A model generated the notes under the pieces. It was not told where the DNA came from, ran no database searches, and saw only the letters and a list, made by a program, of their open reading frames with translations. Source: Hypanus sabinus (taxonomy: Eukaryota). From it: 64,000 nt of DNA. Location: positions 4,030,001 through 4,094,000 of the forward strand of contig NC_082730.1 of assembly GCF_030144855.1 (NCBI RefSeq), in the 5' to 3' direction. The translations under genes and the position numbers were made by a program. Of this stretch, positions 35,836-47,224 are shown in pieces; positions within the stretch are counted from its first letter, which is position 1, and each line of letters opens with the position of its first letter.

Positions 35836-37256
35836 TAAATGAATACTGCTAGTCTTCAGTGTTAGTTGATTTTGAAAGTCCAATGGCTCAGGGAAGGCCG
35901 AATGCAAAACAGCAGCGAAGCTTTGCTATGATCTGTCCAAGTCTCGACGAGCACTACAACGACAAGAATGTAGTTAAATACTATCACGATTAAATAATAA
36001 TTACCTGACCCTTCCAAATTCACAAATGCGATTGCCGTATCTACTGCGCTACCGAATCTGTGGTTACGACAAGCGGAGTTTTCTGTCGGACACCAAACAA
36101 TCATAAGACTATAAGATATAGGAATAGAAGTGGGCCATTTGGCTCATTAATCCTGCTCCGCCATTCAATCACGGGCTGATCCAATTCTTCCAGTCATCCC
36201 CACTCCCATGCTTTCACCACACACCTTTTGATGCCCTGGCTAACCAAGAACCTATCTATCTCTGCCTTAAATACACCCTTGGCCTCCACAGCCGCTCGGT
36301 AAAACAAGATCCACAGATTTACCACCCTCTGACTGAAGTAAATTCTCTGCAACTCAGTTCTAAAAGGATGTCCTTGAATTATGAAGTCAGTGAGAAAGAA
36401 CTAAATTAACATGAGTAGATTTGCAGTCAATTGCACAGGCACTGAGAAAGAAGGGCTTTCGAGGGAATGGATGAGGCAGAGGATAACAGCTTTAATTAAT
36501 GCCATCTATTCTTTCCTGGCTGTTTAAGGCCACAGGGTCTCTGTATTTCTGGACGATTTTTTGTACCTTTGTTTGAGAAGATGGGCAACTTCAGTTTTGA
36601 TTCCTATACCATTTCCTTAATTCCTGTCACAAACATTTCCAAATATGTCTGTCAACTGTACTCTTCATCTGTGTACCAATGGGAACACGATAGTGTAGAA
36701 GGGTGTTGGAAGGTAGTGATGTGATAGTGACGAGGGGATGAGGGGACTGAGGGGTACTGGGAGGGAGGAGAAGGAAGGGAAGTAATGTGATGGTGATTGG
36801 AGGGAGTGGGGATGGATAGAGGACTGATGAATAATAGAGGGGAGAGGAGGCATGCAGGGCAATGATACAATGGTGATTAGGGGGAATGGGGAACAAGGAG
36901 ATTGAGGGGTATTGGAGGGGGGAGGTGCAGAAGAGTGATGTGATGTTAATTAGAGGGAATGGGGACCGAGGTGACTGACATGTATTGGAGGGGAGTGGTG
37001 CAGGACAGTGATGTGATGGAGATTGGAGGGAATGTAGATGGAGGGACTGAGGGATGTTGGAAGGGAGGGGAGCAGGGTGGAGAGGTGGGGTTGGAGGGGA
37101 TTTATGTGATGGGGATTGCAGGGTACTGAGGGACTGTTTTGAGGTGACAGGGAGATTTCTCCGACTGAGGAGGGATGGAGTGAAGTCATCAATCCTGTGT
37201 CACTGGGAGTGTGAGGACTGGATTCATCAGGAAACCTTTTCTCCTCTGTGTTACAG

Positions 37257-37406
37257 CCCCTAAAACAACAGCGGTGTCAGATGCAGTGACCCTGGTGATT
37301 GGACTGTCAGTGGCGGGGACCCTCCTGATCTCTGCTCTCACTGCAATCTTCACAGTCACATGGAGGAGAAGACCTGAGGGAACAGAAGTAACTTCAGAGA
37401 CTGAAA
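37257..37406 (+). CDS. SLAM/CD2-family receptor gene 2, transmembrane exon
   Basis: Acceptor ctctgtgttacag|, 150 nt, PKTTAVSDAVTLVIGLSVAGTLLISALTAIFTVTWRRRPEGTEVTSETE. Donor GAAA|gcaagt (GC type). Confidence 0.88.
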
Positions 37407-37569
37407 GCAAGTGGATGTGATATTCTGTCGTTGAGTCTAGTATTTGTGGGAGGGAGAGAGAGTGGGTGGGGCAGGGAGGTAACAACAGGGGTGGGAGAGA
37501 GGTGTTATATGTGGTAAAGTGGGAATGGTTTCAGTACATACCCTGTTACCTCTGCTTTCTGACCCACAG

Positions 37570-37808
37570 ACCCATTGGAGACAGGCATCATTTATGCAAA
37601 TCTTCCGAAGAATCGCAGTGTCTGGCTGCCCCCCCGGGGGAATGGCAGGATAATGACAGACACGTTACCCCTGGAAAAAGGGCACCCAGGGACCACTCAC
37701 AGTCCTTGTGGCAGACTGAACATAAGGCCTGCATGTAATCTGCACAATCCCAGAATCAACCACAGGTCCCTGTCACCAGGGATCGTTCCAACCACTACTG
37801 CATATTAA
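37570..37808 (+). CDS. SLAM/CD2-family receptor gene 2, terminal cytoplasmic exon with ITIM (IIYANL)
   Basis: Acceptor ctgacccacag|, in frame with the TM exon: NPLETGIIYANLPKNRSVWLPPRGNG...PTTTAY-stop. Confidence 0.8.
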
Positions 37809-39493
37809 TACTCTCAGTTACTCCAACATCTGCTTCTGAAAACTCCAGTCTCAACAACAAGTAACCATTGTGTGGGTAGTCATCAGTACTAAGCCCCCAA
37901 ATCTCAAAGGCACCGAGTGGCATCAATGGTAAATGTGTCAGATACCGTTTATAAATGGATCTATAAAGTAAAGTAAGTTGAGAACCTGTGTCAAGTATGG
38001 CTCGAGTAGAAATACCTTCAGTCCATTTGGACACACCAGAGTCTGGTCCCACTAAACCTCCAGGAATATTGTTTTGCATTTTAGTATTTCCCTTGATGCA
38101 CTGATTGGAACTTATTCTCTCCGAGACACCAGTCCATATCTTTACAATGTCCACCCACAGTTTTGTATCTTTTCTGCTCTGTCTGACTAATCATTATGTA
38201 CTTTCTGTAGATTTTCCTGTTCCTCACAGTTTCACTTGAAAGGTCTATCTTTTCCATGGTTGTCACAGAAAATACCAGTCAATCCTCTCATCAAAAGACC
38301 ATTTATAACAGCATTCCTCTGCTTAGTAAATCCTACAGATGGGTCAGTTTCCTAATAAAAATGTCACATTTAGTTAAAACATTAGCAAACATCCACTGAA
38401 TCAGCTCAGTTTGAAGGCTATTCTTCTCATTCCTGAATATCTTGATCTCTGTAGCATCAGGGGCTACTTTATCAACAGAGGCTACCACTGACGGCATTAC
38501 TCAGCTTCTGGAAACATCCCGCTCCTCAATCGTATTTCCATCCTCTCTAACTTCTCTGAATAACTCAGTTAAAGATGGAGGAAGATGCATCTTGTGAGTC
38601 ATTAAAATATGTAGAGCAATCGTGCCATGTGATAATACACTCTTCACAACTTGCTCCACCCTCAATACTACCCTCTCAGGTAGTTGAATGCCCCCTTTGT
38701 GACCCACACAACGCAACAGTTTCTCTGATGAGATAAGGTAGTCATAAAGCTTCTGCCCTTCCTCCTGGACTGTGTGCCTCAACTTCATCACAGAGTCGGC
38801 TGAATGTCCAGTGGTGCCCAAGTTTGCATATAGTTTACTGATGTAGCTAGAGAATTGTTTTGCCTTATCTCAGCTGCCAGACCCTATAAACTCTCTACCG
38901 GTATCTATTTTTTTCATGTTATCTGAGCACTGCCATTCATCCAATAAATAAGACTAATCCTTAACTCAAGCCTCACATTCTTCTTCCCAATTGGGTGTGG
39001 GTTTGACTCCAGGGAACATTCTCAGCCCACAATAACACTGGCTCTCCACAGCTACACTTTAGTGTTAAGCAAACGGTGATGTAATAGCTGAAAGCAGCAC
39101 AGAACTTAAATCAACAGCTGGAGGACCTATAAGACTTTTCACCTCAAAGTCTTCCACTCACTCACAGAAAACTGTACATCTCGGAAGAGCCCCCAAAAAC
39201 TGTAACCCTCTCACTGCGGCTCATAACAAAATTGGCTGGTTTGCTAACTCTGGCCAACAGTCACATAACGCAACAATAATGAGTAACGATGAGAAAGTCA
39301 CCTTCAATAAGCAACACACTTCCAGGTTCGGTATGTATCGGGTTCAACCAGACAGGAAAGTTGGTATGTTCTGATGCGGGAACAAAAATTGTAGTGAATG
39401 CTCTGTAAGTGCTGCCCCATGCAGAGTTGTCATTTTCCAGGAAATAACACCTTACACTAGTATAAAAATAAAGTGGAATTATATTTACTGACA
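37803..39493 (-). mobile_element. Truncated Ty3/Gypsy LTR retrotransposon (5' LTR, PBS-Pro, PNMA-like gag, protease)
   Basis: LTR 39201-39493 (TGTCAG...GTTACA). PBS tgggggctcttccgagat at 39178-39195 matches tRNA-Pro tgggggctcgtccgggat at 16 of 18 positions. Gag remnant (KLRHTVQEEGQKLYDYL...PPSLTELFREVRE). Protease AILDTGSQLTLL. The element ends abruptly at about 37803. Confidence 0.85.
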
Positions 39494-40740
39494 TTAAAAT
39501 TTTAACAGTTAATAGAGGGGAAGGAAAAGGGTCCAGCTCAGCTGAACTAGTCTATATGGGCAAATAAACATTGGATCTTTGATTTCTCACTTGCTGAACC
39601 CATGATCTGCATGGAAGACACCAGTCACCTTTGGAACTTCCCTTGAAAGCCATTTTGAATGAACTGGCTAACTCAGGAGCATTGGCTCTTCCTGCTGAGA
39701 ACCATTTGGCTACACAAAGCACTTCTTGCAACAGTGACTCTCCCTTGAACAGTGTTCACTGAGCATCTTCGCTTGTGTTCTCCTCCACTGCTCCTGCCAA
39801 CCAAACCTCCCTGGACTGGCTGACACAACATTCCCAGCCTGAGCAAATAGTCCTTATCTCAGCCGAAACCAAAACACTAAGCTATGAGGCTTAACGATGA
39901 GAAAACATTGCATTTGCAGAAAAACTGCCAAAATAAAAATACCTCACAGCATAGCAGTAGAAATACGATAAAACATGTGCTTAACTTGGGAATGACACAG
40001 GCAAATGGATTGAATGTGATCAAGTACTCAATGGTAACCACAGAGATGGAGGGCCAATGGGCCTGTTTCTGCAGCTCCATCCTATTTGAAACCCTCCACC
40101 AATACCTGACAGTTCAAAGTATATTTTATCAAAGTGAGCATATATTATCCAAGCTTGAGATTCATCTCTTTATGGACGGTCACAAAACAAGAATCTCAAA
40201 AGAACCCATGAAAAAAGAAAACCAAATGCCAAATGGGAGAGAGTGGGGGGTGGGGGGAAGAGGAGGAGAGAGTGAGATCCCGGCAGGGCCAACCTCCCAG
40301 GCCTGGGCCAGTCGTGAACACCTGGGCAGGTGTGGGGCACAACCCTTAGGGATCAACAGATGGAAGGGGCTTTGGCAGTCCAGTCAGAACCGCCTGACGG
40401 AGGCAACGGGTAAGAAGGGGCAGAACCCTCACCGGGCAGTGGCAGTCCGGCCAGATGGCCTGACACAGGCAATGAGTAGGAAGCTGGGTCCAGGGTAAGC
40501 AGCAAAACTACAGTGATCCACCAGGTACATTGGTAAATTGGGAAAGGCAACCAACAGCGTGGCAGCGCAAGCAAGGAGAAAATGGCGGAACAGCGGGACC
40601 AGCGCACAGGTGAGTAGCAGGGGAACAAGACCAACTGGATAGAGCATATACAGAACAGTCCAACAACCAGCGCAGAGCCTGATTCCCAGCAGGGTGGCAA
40701 CCAGGTCAGAACAGGATACAGAACTCTCTCACTCTCACTC

Positions 40741-43700
40741 ATTTTACAACAGTTGGCACCCAGCTTAATGGTGCATTAACACCTCCTTCTGCTCCGGAGT
40801 ATGCGATGGACTCACATTCTAAATCCCTTCACCCAATCGCACACATACACATACCCTAACCTAAACTTTATCCTCCCCATCCTAGTACCCCATTTCTGTT
40901 TATCCATCATATCCTATTAAAAAAAACCCTGTATCCCTTAAGAAAGCTAAAAATACCCTGACCTGTATTCTCTCACCCATGCCCAGTAACCCTTTTAACG
41001 TGCACCCCCAATTCCCTTAGATTAATTCTCATCATCTCTCTGTATCCCATACTTCCTACAACTCAGAACTACATGTTCTACTGACTCCTCTTCCTGACAT
41101 TCCACACACAATCCTGCCTGGTGTTTCCCTATCAATTTCAATGTTTGGTTTAGTGCATAGTGCCCCTGCCTTAACCTAGTCCACACAATTTCCTCTCTTC
41201 TGTATCTACTTCCTACCCTAGTACCTGCAACACTTCTTTGTATTCCATATAAATGCCTCCCTTTCCCCTCCCTGTCCCATCTTTCTTGCCACATTTGGTT
41301 AATTTTTTCCCCAGATTACACACTTAACCTCTGCTTTACTGATACTAATGTGCATTTCTATATTTTCTTTCTTTAATGCCCTCTTTGCCAAGTCATCCAC
41401 CCTTTCACTCCCCTTCGCCCCTACATGAGCTGGAACCCATAGAAATTTAACCTGACCTCCCGGATCTGCAACTCGTTTGACTGACTGAAGGATTTCATGA
41501 AGTACATCTTGCCGGCTGTTTGAGTGAGAAGACCTTAAACTTGCCAGTACTGAAGATGAATCTGAGCATATCAACACTTTGACGAGTTTAGTTTTCTCCA
41601 CCCAACACAACGCAACCAACACTGCCATCATCTCCACTGTGTACACCGCTAACTTATCAGATGTTCTTCAGCTGATTGCAATTGCTTTTGCTGGTATAGC
41701 CACCCCAAACCCTGTCACTCCTGTCTCAGGTTCCTTAGCACCATCTGTATAGACCCGAGTATAATCACTATATTTTTCCATCACATGACAGTTAAATGCA
41801 CTTACCAAATCAGTTTTATTCTTTCCTTTCCTTTTTACCTCTAAAAATGCCAGTCTACGTCAGGCTATACCAGCATCCATGGAGCTACAACCGGATAAAA
41901 TACTGAAGGACTTATCCTTAGATCAAACACTCCACATGATCGAGCAATATCATTCCCTACCCAACTAAAGTTTTCCCTCTGAAATCTCCCATTTTCCCAG
42001 GACTCCTGCAACACTCCTTTAGCAGGGTGAGAGTCATTGTGTCCCTGCAAATAAACCCAGTAGTTTGCCATCAATTGCATCCTTCTTAATTCCAAAGGCA
42101 TTCTTCCCATTTCTACCTGCAGGGCCGATACTGGTGATGTTTTAAAAGCCCCACTGCACACTCTCAAAACCTGAGCCTGAATCACATCCAGTTTCCTTGT
42201 AAGAGACCTGGCTGCTGATCCATATGCTACACTTCCATAATCCAACACAGATCTTACTAAAGCCACATACATTCTCTTCAATGCTGAACAACTTGCTCCC
42301 CATTCCCTACCAGTCAAACATCTCATCACGTTTATTACTTTTTTACATTTCTCCTCAACTTTCCTGATATAGTCTGCCCATGTTAATCGTGAATCAAATA
42401 TAACTCCCAGAAACTTAAATGATCCAACCCTTTCTAATTCAATCCCATACATCCTTAACTCCTTCCCTATTTCAATTCTTTTCCTAGTGAAAAATACAGT
42501 TTGAGTTTTTTCCACTGAAAATCTACATCCCCAATCATAACCCCACTCTACCACTTCATCAATTGCTCCTTGTAGTTTCCTGATTATATGCTCAGTGTTC
42601 CTGCCTCTTTTCTACAAGGCCCCATCATCCGCAAACAGTGACCTACCTATATCCACTGGTACCTTTGTGAAGACATCGTTGATCATGATGATGAAAAGTA
42701 ACGGGCTAATCACACTACCCCGAGGTGTGCCTTTTCCCACTATGTACTTTTTTGATCATTCTGATCCAATCCGAACTTGAATTTTTGAACCAAACAAAAA
42801 ATCTTTAATCCAATTAAAAACTCTCCCCCCAACCCCCATCTTCTGCAGTTTAATTAATAATCCTTCCTTCCACATCATATCATAGGCTTTTTCAATGTCA
42901 AAAAACACTGCAACTACTGACTCTTTATTTGCCTGGGCCTTTCTTATTTCAGTCTCTAACCTTATCACTGAGTCCATGGAATTCCTTCCCTTCCTAAAAC
43001 CTCTGATAACTTGTCAGCATTCCTCTCTTCAAGATCATATGATAACCTTTCAGTTATCATCCTTTCCATTACCTTACATATATTTGATGTTAGTGCTATT
43101 GGCCTGTAGCTAGTGGGTTTTGACGGATCCTTGCCAGGTTTCCTTATTGGAATTACTACTGCTTCTTTCCATGCACTTGGTAATCTTCCCTCCTCCCACA
43201 CTGTTATAAAAGATGCAGTAACTTCAAGAGCGCTCCTTCTTCTAGATTTTTTAGCATAACATTGCATATTAGATCTTTCCTTGGGGAGATTGGTCTCCAT
43301 CTCTTTATTGCTCTCACCATTTCTGCCAAAGTAAATGGATCATCAATTATATCATCTGTTTCTTCCCTCCTGTTTAACACACCTGGGTATTGACTCATTG
43401 TTCTTTCCCTTCTCCATTCTTCAGACAAATTTTCTGAACTATGTACCTTTACAAATGACTTGGCCATGATCTCAGCCTTACCCCTGCTGGAGACTGCTGT
43501 TTCCTCCTCAGATATCATTACTGGATACTGCCAATCCCTTCTACCTCCCCCCATCCTCTTAATCATTCCCCATACCTCTACCACAGGCATTTTCCTTCCT
43601 ATTTTGTTGCAAAAACTCTTCCTACTTGCCCTTTTAGCTTGACGTATAGTTCCTCTCACCTCTGCCTGTGCCTTCTTATATTGAATCAAATGGTGCATAT

Positions 43701-45961
43701 TATGGGTTCTTTTAACTAGCCTGAATGCTTTTTTTTTTTAAATACACAGCCTGACAACATTCCTCTGTCCATCATGGCACTACTTGTATATTCATCCTAT
43801 TTTCACTCCTGGGTATAGATCCTTCTGCTACCATAATAATTGCTGAAGTCACCTGACTGTTTAATTCATCTATATCTCCAGAAATGTCAATCCTTGTCAA
43901 TGCTTCTTTTCTTAACTTCTGGAACTTAACTCCATCTGCTTTTCCAAACACCCACTTTGGGACTCCCCCACCTGGTCTTATTTCAACTCTTTCACCCACT
44001 GAACATAAATCTGGGTAGTGATCACTGCCTACTGTTGAAGCAATCGAAACTCCCCAGTTACTGATGCCAGCCAAGACATTAGACACTAACGTTATATCTA
44101 ATACCAACTCAGTTCCTGTTATGTTTATCCTTGTTCCTCTACCATCATTCATACATACCAAATCCCTTTCTTCCATTAAATCTTCAATTACCATTCCATT
44201 TGAATCTGTAATCGGATCCCCCCATATTGCGCTGTGAGCATTGAAATCTGCACACCACACTACTTTATGTCTATTTTGTCCTTGTATCCTTAGTAGGCTG
44301 TCCAAATCCAACCTTTTACATGGATTGTAGTAGTTAATTATAACCACTCCCTCCCCTCTCTCCCATATTTCCACCACTGTGTATTCCTGTTCATCTCCTT
44401 TTTCCAGTACTCTATACGGTATACCTTGCTTGATTAACATAGCACAAACTCCTCTTCCCCCTAGATTTCTATCTTTCCTTATCATTGTATACCCATGTAC
44501 CACAAAGTTTAAAGGTGGTTTCAACCAAGTTTCCTGAATACACACTACATCCAGTTTTACAACCATTTCCTTAATAAAGTCTTTAAATTCCTGGCCATTG
44601 GCCAGTAAACTCCTTGCATTCCATTGCAAAAGGATCACCAAAATGAGTACTAACCAACCTATGACACTTCCTGGCTTGACTGATTAGTGAGGTTCTCCCT
44701 CACTTCTTCCCATGTCAGTCCAACTAACCCTAAATGGTTTACTGCTGCTTTGACCACCAGCTGAATTTTGTCACTTTTTGACTTTACCTCTGCCGTACTA
44801 TTAATGACTCCTGCAATGAATGTTACTGGAGCTTTTTTTCCACATAAATCCTGTCATTTACTCTTCGCTGCATCTCGTGTATCCCTATTGCTCTCTGGTC
44901 ATTAGGAGCATTATTCAGTTCTCTTCACATTCTTACAGCTTCTGCATAAGTGATCTTTTTTTTCACTCTTATTTCTTGAATTTTATTCTCCCGTCTCATA
45001 ACCTCACACTCACTATACACCACATTATGAGCTCCTCCACAATTACAGCATTTTGGTTGCACTCCTGTTCCACACTTTCCATATTCATGATCACCCCCAC
45101 ATCTAGCACATCTCCTCTGCCTTTTACAGTTTTTAGCTATGTATTCAAACCTTTGACAATTATAGCACCTCAATGGCTTTGGCACACATACCCTTACTGG
45201 GTAACTCATGAAACCCAGGAACACTTTCCTTGGCAAAGTTTCTTCTTCAAATTCAATCAATACTGTTTCACTTTCCTTTTTCATTCCCTCCTTTGTTGTT
45301 TTCAGTCTTCAAACATTAACTACTTTCCCCCCTTTGATATTCCTCTTCAACTCCTCCATGTTTATAATCATTGGTACACCCATGATCACTCCTTTACAGC
45401 TACCATTTCATGCTCCCACCCTCCCTGTATATTCCACCTTGCATTTTCCTATCTCTTTTAGCTTGAGTGCTTTCTCAAGTTGTTCCTCACTCACACACCT
45501 TACCAATAGATTGTCATCACTAAGGACTTTTGCAAATACTATTTCCCCTATCTTACTTACCAGAGTTGTTGTTAGCACAAACAGGTTAATTTTCTTCATG
45601 GTTCCTTGCACCTTCTCATTAAACCTAATTATGACAACACCTCCTCTCTGAACTTGTTCATTTTCCTCACTTTCAGAACTCTCTCCACTGTCATTTCTTA
45701 TTCTTTTATTCCCTTTGTTTTGGTTTTCATTCATCCTTGCCCTCACTATCTCCTTATTCCCTTTGTTTCTCCCTTTACCATAATCCATTTCTCCCCAGCT
45801 GCCTACCTCTGATCCCAAATCCCTATCCCACTCATTCTCCACTCTCTTTCCCTCAGCCCCTCCTCTCACATTATTTACCATTACCAGACCAAGGAAACCT
45901 CCTCCCAGCAATCCCCACTCTTCTTCCCTCAACAAGTTCCAAACCACATGCACCAACTCTG
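40741..45961 (-). mobile_element. Full-length Nimb/I-group LINE with ORF1 (three zinc knuckles) and ORF2 (APE-RT-RNase H-CCHC), frameshifted
   Basis: ORF1 CYNCQRFEYIAKNC / CARCGGDHEYGKC / CCNCGGAH. APE LLQWNARSLLAN...CIQETWL...DFNAHS...SDHYP. RT YRPIALTS, FFDIEKAYD, GTPRGSVISP, FADDG. RNase H ICSDSSSVL...FLWVPAHVG...VDDLAK. C-terminal CVECQEEESVEHVVLSC. Nimb-type 3' end ggaggtgttaatgcacc...ctgggtgccaactgttgtaaaa. Confidence 0.9.
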
Positions 45962-46115
45962 AGCCCTTAGCCCTTAGCCCTTAGCCCTTAGCCCTTAGCC
46001 CTTAGCCCTTAGCCCTTAGCCCTTAGCCCTTAGCCCTTAGCCCTTAGCCCTTAGCCCTTAGCCCTTAGCCCTTAGCCCTTAGCCCTTAGCCCTTAGCCCT
46101 TAGCCCTTAGCCCTT
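45962..46115. repeat. Perfect (AGCCCTT)22 heptamer array, (AAGGGCT)n on the minus strand
   Basis: 154 bp, 22 mismatch-free units by my count, directly at the 5' end of the Nimb element. Confidence 0.97.
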
Positions 46116-47224
46116 GCCTCCTCCACCACCCACCCAGTCTCTGTCTCACGGCCCCTTATAAACACCTGCAGCCAAATTGGCCACAGGTGTGCCTCCTTGA
46201 TCCCGGCTGATCTTAACAGGCTCAAAGGGGCCGGGAGGGGCAGCTGCCAGAACTGGAGTCCGGAGCAAGGGACTGGATTGAGACCTGGAATGCGGATTCC
46301 GGACCGGACAGGACCCTGACACATGGGCCTGCTGCTTTCAGAATCTGAGAGAGGGAGAGAGCTAGAGATGGAAAGGGACTGTGGCTGGAGATGTGGAGAT
46401 GGTTAATGGGATGTGTTTGAGTTACAGCTTGTGCTCTGTGCCTGTTTGGAGTAGTATTGCCTCTTCCCCATCACAGTCTATTAGATAGCTGTGACATAGC
46501 CAGTTTCCACTGCTTTAGTTATTACCCCTCGACCATCAAGCTCTTGAGTAAAGGTGGATACCTACCCTCACTGCCCCATCATTAAATGTCTTACACCAAA
46601 GATCTCACTTTAAGGATTCTTTATCTCATTACCTCATGTTCCCAATATTCATTGTTATTTATTTATATTTGCATTTGCACAGTTTTGCTTGTCTTCACTC
46701 TGGTGGATCTTCCATTGATTCTGTTTTAGCTACTATTCTATGGATTTGTTGAGCATGCCCAAAGCAAAATACATCACAGGCTTGTATATGGTGATATATA
46801 TGTTCATTGATAATAAAACTTACTTTGATCACTTTGAAGTGTACTTATTTCCAATCTTTGTTCTCCAAGCACCAAATGAAGTTACAAGTTTTAAGTTCAA
46901 GCCCAAGTTTCAAGTTTAATTATCATTCAAATATACATGAATACAGGCAAACGACAAGTCACAAACCAACAGCGTACAGCACACTTCACATAGCACATTA
47001 CACAAATAGCACATTTGGTTATTCATCAGTGCAGAACAACATACAGTCACAAAGAGAGATAAAAATATATCGCCCAAGTCTTGAGTTGTCCTGGTCCAGC
47101 TTGTTCTTTCACCAAGTGAACACTGGAGGGCAGCACAGACAGGAGGGCTCAGACACCAACCCAGTATGAAATCTGATTTGGACAATCCACATAGTATAGT
47201 GAGAATGGTTGCAGGGACAGTGTA

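Noticed and set aside
45962-46115. Interstitial telomere or chromosome-fusion scar
   Set aside because: The unit is a 7-mer (CTAAGGG). There are no canonical TTAGGG repeats and no head-to-head inverted arrangement.
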